From a virus: a stretch of 64,000 bases of DNA. Position numbers and translations under genes: made by a program. The notes beneath the pieces were generated by a model that was not told the DNA's origin, made no database searches, and saw nothing but the letters and a program-made list of their open reading frames with translations. Where the stretch lies: positions 32,001-96,000 of the IMG/VR virus record IMGVR_UViG_3300031857_016023; one strand, 5' to 3'. This document shows positions 56,326 through 64,000 of this stretch, in pieces (the first letter of the stretch is position 1; each line of letters opens with the position of its first letter).

Positions 56326-57908
56326 GGTGCTAATGCTATTGCTCTAAAATCTTTAATTATAGGAACATAATTTGTATCTGAAGATCTCATCACTATTTTA
56401 ATTGAGAATGTTTTAAAGTTATTGTATGTCACACCATCTGTTCCAAGGTAAGAACAGTCTAATGTTGATGGTTTAAACAAATATTCTATAAAATCTGTTT
56501 CAACTTGTGATTTAAGAGTATTTAAAATTGATTCATTACCTTGTTGAACATTTATCATTCTAACATAAGGTCTATCTTCAAATAAAGTTTCATCTTCATC
56601 TGCTAAAACTCTGTAGTAAACTTCAATAGTTGTTGCTGATGGTTGATAAGCAGTAAGGTAAACACGAATCATATTTGCATCAAAACCATCTGCTAAATTA
56701 ACTCTACGTGTAATGTAACGAGCTGCAGCTGGTCCACCTGTTGGACTAATTTCCGATTCGCAAGATATAACAGCTCTATTTTCTGAAGTAGATTGTGGAC
56801 CTCCTGCATCATAAGATAGAAATATATTCGTATTACCTACGTAACCAGAACCTTCAGTCGTTATTTCAATTCTTTCTATTTTACCTGATGTTGTATTAGC
56901 TACTGCTTTTCCTACAAAACCTGAACCTGGATAAACATCTGAATAAGATGCTGTGCTATTAGAAACATAGAGAGTAGCATTACCTGTTTGATTTCTACCA
57001 GCATCAACAATAGTAAATTTATTCAAAGCTAACCCACAATCATTAATTACATTTTTAACTCCAATCAAATTAACTCTAGTAGAATCAATCATGGGCGAAA
57101 CTGTATTATCTGATGTTACTAAACCAGCTTTAATAAAAACTGAATTTCCACTGGTATAAACTACTTTTCTAGTATCTAAAACTAAATTTTCATCTTGTAA
57201 AAAAGAAGTATATTCAGTATCTAAAACGCCGCTAGAATTATCTCTTAATCTATACGAATAATTTGTTGAGGCTCCGTCAAATAATAACTCTTGTGTTCCA
57301 ACTTTCATTAAATCAAATTCAATATTTGAAGTTGGACTTATATTTTCAAAAACAACTTCTGTAGTTGAATTTGGTGTAAAATCACATGCGTTTAAACGAA
57401 ACATTAAATCAATATCTTGATATGCGGTATAAGTTGATCCGTTTTGTGATTTAAAAAATGAACCCGTATAAACTTGTTTATCTACTCGGCGATCTGAACC
57501 ATCAAGTCTTGTACCGCCAACCTCTGCTATAAAAACTTCATAATTATCAGAATTGGTAAACATAACAATAGCATGCTCGCCAGGTAAAAGAAAAATTGGC
57601 GCAGGAAATTTAAATCTTGTATAATGATTTGGATTTGAAAGATTTGGAATATTAGTACCAGAACCAGTAACAACATTAATTTTATCTGGCCTTAATGATA
57701 CTTGGCCAAGAGCTGCACTACTATGAATTAATGATGAGTGTGGGTAACCATTTATAACAGGTCTAAGTTGAACTGTAAATGGTTGATATGTTACTTGGTC
57801 TTTTTTCTTAAAAACTAAATCAACACTATGTACAAACATACCTTTTGGATATGTTGCTGCGTCAACAAAAAAAGTTTGTGCTACTGGATCAATAAACGAT
57901 GTTGCCAT
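56322..57908 (-). CDS. Structural protein equivalent to the C-terminal part of DUF4815/VrlC-like proteins
   Basis: Starts DPVAQTFFV..GMFV.SVDLVF; GSFFKSQNGS; ends FSIKIVM..VP.IKDFRAIAL. Confidence 0.8.
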   Translation of the reverse strand: MATSFIDPVAQTFFVDAATYPKGMFVHSVDLVFKKKDQVTYQPFTVQLRPVINGYPHSSLIHSSAALGQVSLRPDKINVVTGSGTNIPNLSNPNHYTRFKFPAPIFLLPGEHAIVMFTNSDNYEVFIAEVGGTRLDGSDRRVDKQVYTGSFFKSQNGSTYTAYQDIDLMFRLNACDFTPNSTTEVVFENISPTSNIEFDLMKVGTQELLFDGASTNYSYRLRDNSSGVLDTEYTSFLQDENLVLDTRKVVYTSGNSVFIKAGLVTSDNTVSPMIDSTRVNLIGVKNVINDCGLALNKFTIVDAGRNQTGNATLYVSNSTASYSDVYPGSGFVGKAVANTTSGKIERIEITTEGSGYVGNTNIFLSYDAGGPQSTSENRAVISCESEISPTGGPAAARYITRRVNLADGFDANMIRVYLTAYQPSATTIEVYYRVLADEDETLFEDRPYVRMINVQQGNESILNTLKSQVETDFIEYLFKPSTLDCSYLGTDGVTYNNFKTFSIKIVMRSSDTNYVPIIKDFRAIALAP

Positions 57909-57909
57909 A

Positions 57910-60900
57910 TTAATTCCTAATTAATTTACTTTTGAAGTATTCTTTAATTACTTTAAACGGTGAAGTTACAATATTAATTGAAGAAACTAATATGTAAAAT
58001 GCTACCATGAAAGTAAAGATAGTGTAACCTTTTAATCTAGAATCTGGTTTACTTAGGTTTGGATTTGTTAAACCAACTATTGAACAAATAATTAAACCTA
58101 ACCAAAACACAAGTTTACCAACTAAAGAACCTTCGTCACGAACTCTTTCAACATATGCCATTTCATCTGACCAAGGTCTTGCAATTACTTCTGTCATATG
58201 TAGTGCTATATTTCTTTGCATTTCGTTATTGTCTTTCATATCCCAAAGATATAAACTTGGCCCACGACCCTTTAACCATTCGACAATTGTTTTTGCCCAA
58301 TACACATAACCACGATAAATGATTGGATGATTACGTTGCAGGCGGCGACCAAATCTTTGATCGGCTTCATTTATATCTGGCGCAAAGAAACCTTGTTGTG
58401 CCATTTCAGAGCAGATAATTTTACAACCAGAACCTCCGCCACTTGGAGGTGGAGTTCTATCTCGAATTAGAGTTGATCCAAGAACTTCTCTTTGAACAAC
58501 CGAACTTTTTGCAATATTATCTTGTCTTTCATAAATTGCTTGAACTTGAATAGTAGGAACACGAACAGAAACCGAAACATTTTCAACAGTATTTAAAACA
58601 CCTTGAGCATACCATTGTTCTTCTGCAAAAGAACTTGTTAGTTGAGGATCATTTGTTGAAGAATTCGTTAATCTGATTAAACGAGCTCCTGTCCTGCTTC
58701 TCCATCCATTGTCATAAGCGGTTGGGCCATAATTTGGCAAATACCATCGGCCCGCCATATCGCCATGATCATCAGACTGTGGTTTACCTACAGACCAACG
58801 AGAGGTGCTATCAGGATTTACATCCCAATTGGAAGAAAGTGTTGCAACTTTAGTGCTTCCATTATAATTTATAATTGTTCTTTCTTGGCCAATTCCTGTA
58901 CCAGCAATAATTCTTATTTTATAAAATTGTGTTGCATCAATTGGATCTTCTAAAACTTTAGTTCCAGTAAATGGCCAAGTGACATTTGCATAGGTTGTTA
59001 CAACATCAACATATGTGTTATTATAAGGAGCTCCAGAACCAAGAGTTACTGTGTTGGCAGTAGCAGATGTTACATTACCGTTATTCCAAAACATAATATC
59101 AATTTTAGCTGTAGCTCCACTTAATGTACCTGTAATTGTATCATTTGCTGCAAAAGTTCCTCTTACATCACTTAAATAAATGACAGGTTGATCTAATGAC
59201 CAAGATCTACCAGATTGTTTTACAACAATAGCTGAACCACCACTAGAAGAAGTTACTCTTTCATAAACTCCATAACTATCATTAAAATCACTACTTACAT
59301 TAGCTAACCAAGCTATAGAAGGAAATTCAATATATTTTGTTCCGTCAAGATCTCCTTGTTCTGCATACAAATAGTGATATTCATTTGGCCTTAAATTTTT
59401 TGCTACTGTAATAATCCATTGAGCTCGAATATAAGGTATAATAGAGAGATCAACTTGCCTAGCTCCAATACTTTTAGTTATTCTTTCAGGAACAAGAACC
59501 TTTTTAGTTCCTGTTCTATCTTTTGAATAATATGTTGTTGTAGTAGTTGATTTTACAGTATCATTATAATCGAGATATCCTGATGATCTTCCTTCAACCC
59601 GTGTTTGCACATCAACAGTTTGTCCAGAAACAAAAGTATTCCAAGAATTCCATTGATTACCCCAACCAGCCGCTCTAGTGTCGTGAAGTGCTTCTCCAAT
59701 TTGAGCCCATGCGTCATTTTCGCCTTCTAGGTTTACAAGAACATCTGGCCGTGTTTCTTTATCGATCCAAAAATCTCCTGGCGGAGTAAAATCAAGTGTG
59801 CCAGAATAATTTGAAAGAACAAAAGGATTTACAGCAATTCCATTTGTTGCTACATTTTGACTAATTATTGATTTGATTGTATATGGACTAACTACAATTT
59901 GACCAGCTTCCACATTAGCAGTTGTAAAACTTGTATTTACAACAAAAGAAATGCTTTCATCTTCAAAATAAGGTCTAAGTTCTCCAGCTTCAAAATCCAT
60001 CGCACACTTATAATCAACATTTTTAACATCGCCAACTTGATGACCTCTAAATGTATCAGTTAAAATACCATTTTTAAATCTTTCTAAACCATTATCATCA
60101 AGAACAGTTAAATCTTGAGCTGATCTTTCTAATAGATTTAGTGTAGTATAATATTCTAGATTATCAATACGTTTTTCTAATTTACCAATATCTCGCATTG
60201 TATATCGTTTGTTTTCAATATACTTAACCTTTGTATCAGAAGGAAAAAAAGTATACGGATTAACAAAAATAGTATACAAACTCATTGTACCATCTGGTTC
60301 AGCTGGCGTATTTGGATTTAAAGAAGAAATTCCTTTAACAACTCTAAATTTTTTATCTTCACCTAAAACAATTCTATCTATTCTTGGAATATAATAACTA
60401 TAATCAGATTCTAAAGCTTCATCTGCTCTAGGGATTGAAATACCAGAAAGAGTAAAATTTCCTGAAACAGCACTAGCATTGGTACGAATTGGCCTAAAAT
60501 CAACACAATCTCTAAGTTTATACACTTCACCAGTTGCCGGACTTGTATAATTTGGTATTTTAGCATATCGAATATCTTCAGTTGCTCCAAGTGAAGCATT
60601 ATTATATGAATCAACAGTAAAATAACCATCTCCAGTATGAGTAAAATAATTAACTAATACTAAAAGTTGTCCTGTTGGAGGCAAAGCACCAGCTTTTAAT
60701 GTAATAGAACCATGATCGTAATAAGCATCCGTTTGACCATCATTTAAGATATACCTATCAGTAATGTCTTTTGATGTGTCGGACAAATCTGCAGCAACAA
60801 CAGCAGTAGAAATATCTTTTGAATCAATGACTTTAAAAGAAGATTTATAACTGCGGCCTCCTGAAGTTATAGCAAAATACCCATAAGTTTCTTCAAATTT

Positions 60901-63198
60901 GCCTTCTAGTTTATAAATGTCAGAGATGTAAAGGCTATCTGATCTTCCAGGAATTTTATTTGGAACTGCAAGAGCAACTTGACTATCATTTAAATAAACT
61001 GTTGTATTTCCTACTGGAGAAACTCCTCCGGTTCCTATAGAATTTGTTACAGCCGATACAAGTGTTTTTACTTTTGGAGATGTTGTATTAAAATCAACAG
61101 TTGCTATAACATCAACTGTTATCGAATCACCAACATTATTAAAATTAAGTGTTGCAGTAGAACCGCCACCAGATATTTGAACGTATCTTCCATCAAATGG
61201 AAATGAAGGACCAAAACTACCAGAAGATCCAAAAGGAATAATTTGACCTTTTAAAAACTTTGTTGATGAAGTAACATTATTTGCAACAACTAAAAAATGT
61301 TGTGAAACTTGAGCTTCACTTAAAGTACCTGAGCCAACAAACAAATTTGTAGCAGAACCAGTAGAAAGAGAAAGTGCTCCAGTGCCTCCATTTACCGTTT
61401 GATTTCTAAATAAAACTTTACCTCTAAAATCTTGGTCAGTCATTCCAAAACTAACGAAAGATTGAGGCACACGATATACTAGAGATTTAAAATTCGTATC
61501 AGAAATAAATGTGTTTCCAAAAGCAGCCGAAGGAGAAGAAAGTGTTTTATTAACAGAATCTACGTTTGCTGAAGAAAGAATATGTGCGCTAGAATTTGAT
61601 TTAATAAAAGATTGTACATCTTTAATATTAAAATCTATTGTATAAGAAGAATTGCTTCTTGGTTGAGTTACAAACGTATCAGCAATTTTAGCTGTTTTGT
61701 TTAGGTGATCGTAAGAAACAATTCTATGTTTTACATTATCAGCACCATAACCAGAAGAAATGCGAACAATAGCATTGTAATAAGCATTAGCAACATTTGA
61801 TACTTGACCTGCGGTAGTTGAAAGGATTATGTGTGTTGAATTGCCTGATCCTCCACAATTTCCTGTTACTGTAGAAAGTCTTGTATCAAAGATATAAAAA
61901 TTATATTTGTGTGTATCTGAAATTGCAGTATTGGAAGCTGAGACAAATTCAATTTCACGAATTCTTGCTGTACCAATTTTAGTAGAACCGTAAGATGTGG
62001 TATTTGATGTACTTACATTTCCATTAGCTACACAATGTAAATCAAACCCTTCCATTGTTCCAGTATCAAACAATCCTTTAGCATTAGTTACAGTAATATA
62101 ATTTCCATAGTTAGCTGCAATATCATAATTTTGAACAGCATATTTTTCTCTTGCTCGTTCTAATGTTATATTTGTTGGCGATATAGTTTCAATTTCAAAA
62201 CCACGTACATATGCTTTTCCTGCACTCAGTTTAGCAGTAAATAAAGCTGAATTTGAAGTATTGGATGCACTATCAGGAACATGATCTTTTAAATAAATTG
62301 TAAAAGGTTGTACTGTATAGTTACCTGATTCATCATAAGTTCTTCTAGCAAAAGTTTTTTCTAATTCAGCATAAAGAGGGTAATTATTTCTTAATGTAAT
62401 TGTTCCGTTTTCAATTCGAACAATTTCAATAAATTTCGTGTCATCAGTAGAATTTAAACTCCTTGCAGTTAATACTAAATCTACTTTATAACGAGTAGCT
62501 CCTGGTGCTTGATAGTTTGAAGCATTTAAAGCAGGATCTAGTAGAGTAGTATCAGTTCTCTCATCAATAATACTCTCTTGATAAGCTAAACCAATTCGAT
62601 ATGATGGAGAATTATCATATTTGTTCAATACAATTGTTTGAGATGAAACTTTAACAAAAAAATCATCTATAAAATAAACACCTTCATTTACACTTGCAGT
62701 TGATCCTTTGCCCGTAGATTCTATTGGCAATAAACGAGCTTCAAATTGATCATCATCTATTGTAAAAAAAGTTTCATTGTCTACAAGAGTTAAACCTGTT
62801 TTATATTCAACAAATATTGTTGGAGGATCTGTTAATGTTCCTTCTTTTATCGCAACAACTTTTCCTAATGAACCATTTGAAGCTAAAGCGTGAGCATTAC
62901 CAATATTTTTTCCAAGAAAATTATTTACATCAATATCTTGGCCACCAACAGTTGTTGTTCTTAGTTTATGATATATTACTGAGGTAGAAACAGAAACTTC
63001 TCCTCCAGTAACAACCGATCCATTTTTAAAAATATGTTTACCAAAACGAGAAATTTGTTTTTGAAGAATGGTTTGAAGTTGAGTTAATTCTCGAGCTTGA
63101 ACAGCATAACCTGGCCGAAAAAGAACTCGAAGAAATTTTTTATCTTCATCGTAATCATCATAGTATGGATTTACATTAAAATTTTGAACTAATGCCAT
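57910..63198 (-). CDS. Large DUF4815/VrlC-like virion structural protein with a hydrophobic C-terminal domain
   Basis: NVNPYYDDY, LFRPGYAVQARELTQLQ, APGATRYK, RRTYDESGNY, YTMRDIGKLEKRI. Confidence 0.88.
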   Translation of the reverse strand: MALVQNFNVNPYYDDYDEDKKFLRVLFRPGYAVQARELTQLQTILQKQISRFGKHIFKNGSVVTGGEVSVSTSVIYHKLRTTTVGGQDIDVNNFLGKNIGNAHALASNGSLGKVVAIKEGTLTDPPTIFVEYKTGLTLVDNETFFTIDDDQFEARLLPIESTGKGSTASVNEGVYFIDDFFVKVSSQTIVLNKYDNSPSYRIGLAYQESIIDERTDTTLLDPALNASNYQAPGATRYKVDLVLTARSLNSTDDTKFIEIVRIENGTITLRNNYPLYAELEKTFARRTYDESGNYTVQPFTIYLKDHVPDSASNTSNSALFTAKLSAGKAYVRGFEIETISPTNITLERAREKYAVQNYDIAANYGNYITVTNAKGLFDTGTMEGFDLHCVANGNVSTSNTTSYGSTKIGTARIREIEFVSASNTAISDTHKYNFYIFDTRLSTVTGNCGGSGNSTHIILSTTAGQVSNVANAYYNAIVRISSGYGADNVKHRIVSYDHLNKTAKIADTFVTQPRSNSSYTIDFNIKDVQSFIKSNSSAHILSSANVDSVNKTLSSPSAAFGNTFISDTNFKSLVYRVPQSFVSFGMTDQDFRGKVLFRNQTVNGGTGALSLSTGSATNLFVGSGTLSEAQVSQHFLVVANNVTSSTKFLKGQIIPFGSSGSFGPSFPFDGRYVQISGGGSTATLNFNNVGDSITVDVIATVDFNTTSPKVKTLVSAVTNSIGTGGVSPVGNTTVYLNDSQVALAVPNKIPGRSDSLYISDIYKLEGKFEETYGYFAITSGGRSYKSSFKVIDSKDISTAVVAADLSDTSKDITDRYILNDGQTDAYYDHGSITLKAGALPPTGQLLVLVNYFTHTGDGYFTVDSYNNASLGATEDIRYAKIPNYTSPATGEVYKLRDCVDFRPIRTNASAVSGNFTLSGISIPRADEALESDYSYYIPRIDRIVLGEDKKFRVVKGISSLNPNTPAEPDGTMSLYTIFVNPYTFFPSDTKVKYIENKRYTMRDIGKLEKRIDNLEYYTTLNLLERSAQDLTVLDDNGLERFKNGILTDTFRGHQVGDVKNVDYKCAMDFEAGELRPYFEDESISFVVNTSFTTANVEAGQIVVSPYTIKSIISQNVATNGIAVNPFVLSNYSGTLDFTPPGDFWIDKETRPDVLVNLEGENDAWAQIGEALHDTRAAGWGNQWNSWNTFVSGQTVDVQTRVEGRSSGYLDYNDTVKSTTTTTYYSKDRTGTKKVLVPERITKSIGARQVDLSIIPYIRAQWIITVAKNLRPNEYHYLYAEQGDLDGTKYIEFPSIAWLANVSSDFNDSYGVYERVTSSSGGSAIVVKQSGRSWSLDQPVIYLSDVRGTFAANDTITGTLSGATAKIDIMFWNNGNVTSATANTVTLGSGAPYNNTYVDVVTTYANVTWPFTGTKVLEDPIDATQFYKIRIIAGTGIGQERTIINYNGSTKVATLSSNWDVNPDSTSRWSVGKPQSDDHGDMAGRWYLPNYGPTAYDNGWRSRTGARLIRLTNSSTNDPQLTSSFAEEQWYAQGVLNTVENVSVSVRVPTIQVQAIYERQDNIAKSSVVQREVLGSTLIRDRTPPPSGGGSGCKIICSEMAQQGFFAPDINEADQRFGRRLQRNHPIIYRGYVYWAKTIVEWLKGRGPSLYLWDMKDNNEMQRNIALHMTEVIARPWSDEMAYVERVRDEGSLVGKLVFWLGLIICSIVGLTNPNLSKPDSRLKGYTIFTFMVAFYILVSSINIVTSPFKVIKEYFKSKLIRN

Positions 63199-63207
63199 TT
63201 TTAACCT

Positions 63208-64000
63208 TTAAAAATTAATAATAATTTTAATATTTTCAGCTTGACCAAGTATTCTGTCTGTTTTTTGTTCATTCGTTACATATAAAAATTCACCAGAATA
63301 TGGTTCAAATTCAGGATTATCAATTGTAACTATTGTTCTAGTAGCTCCAGAGGTAAAGCCAGTTATGATACCTCCAGAAGTAAATGTGCCTTTTACTTTT
63401 GTTAATTTTACAGAACTAAGTGTTTGGTCATTAACAAATCCGTAAGCAATAGGACTACTTGTATTGCCTTGGTAAACATATTCGTTTAAATTAAAACTTG
63501 CTCCAGCAATCAAAGATAAATCTGTTGTTTGTGAAAATACTGAATTTGATGTGCTATTATTTGAAGCTAAAAGTTCTTCATATTTATGAGGATTTCTTAA
63601 AAGACTAACTTGCCTAAAACTTGTATTTGGAGAAATTAAACCACTTTCTGTGGTATCATTTTCTCCGATAGTAACAGCTATCATTACGTTATTTGCATTT
63701 AGTTCTCTTGCTGGGTTAAAACCATGGCCGTATTTTGAAGGTAAAATTACACGGCAATTTGCTCCTGTTCCTGAACCATATATTGTTGCATTAGCATATG
63801 TGTAACCTGTACCAATACTCGTTACTGTTACTTTAGAAACATTTGCATTTGCAGCAGAAACACCTGAAGAAGTATCAGATAACAAAACATTTGCTGCTGC
63901 ACCTGTGCCTGAACCATCAATAAAAAGTCTTGTGGATATTGAAAGGTCATTTGTGTTCCCTCCAGTTCCAGTTGTTGTTGAAGAAAGATTTATAACACCA
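63208..64000 (-). CDS. gp8: Baseplate wedge subunit (5' end outside window)
   Basis: Frame is open to the window end; GHGFNPAREL, FRQVSLLRNP, SGEFLY, QAENIKIIINF. Confidence 0.8.
   Translation of the reverse strand, partial: GVINLSSTTTGTGGNTNDLSISTRLFIDGSGTGAAANVLLSDTSSGVSAANANVSKVTVTSIGTGYTYANATIYGSGTGANCRVILPSKYGHGFNPARELNANNVMIAVTIGENDTTESGLISPNTSFRQVSLLRNPHKYEELLASNNSTSNSVFSQTTDLSLIAGASFNLNEYVYQGNTSSPIAYGFVNDQTLSSVKLTKVKGTFTSGGIITGFTSGATRTIVTIDNPEFEPYSGEFLYVTNEQKTDRILGQAENIKIIINF

Noticed and set aside
96-60629. All + strand ORFs and short nested - strand ORFs in the track (e.g. 96-473, 17517-17912, 18768-19409, 39873-40091)
   Set aside because: They are shadows of well-supported - strand genes, with no recognisable motifs.

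Overview
This is a 64-kb, AT-rich segment of a T4-like myophage genome with cyanophage/freshwater-type gene order; all credible genes lie on the - strand. In transcription order (right to left) it holds baseplate gp8 (partial), a split DUF4815/VrlC-like structural gene and small structural genes. These are followed by an S74-chaperone gene, three tandem RCC1/BLIP-II-like propeller genes and a six-gene modification cluster (methyltransferase, 2OG-like protein, TPR-glycosyltransferase-like protein, YkgJ, sulfotransferase, APS-kinase/nucleotidyltransferase fusion). Next come fibre genes, gp13-15, a 1729-aa fibre with an RCC1 head, gp16, dps, gp17-gp23, gp3, uvsY and uvsW. An inserted nucleotide-sugar cluster follows (B12 radical SAM, TPP E1-like pair, GHMP kinase, ColD-type dehydratase, SDR), then gp55, gp47, gp46, def, a DUF4338/DruA-like gene and a CobT-like peptidase-vWA gene (partial). 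The most striking unannotated signal is a 64-nt, D-arm-less tRNA-like element directly behind the DUF4338 gene. It has glycine identity elements, a CCA end and T-stem pairs associated with weak EF-Tu binding, which suggests a dedicated Gly-tRNA donor for a non-ribosomal, possibly DNA-modifying, reaction. All family calls come from motif recognition by eye; no database search was run.
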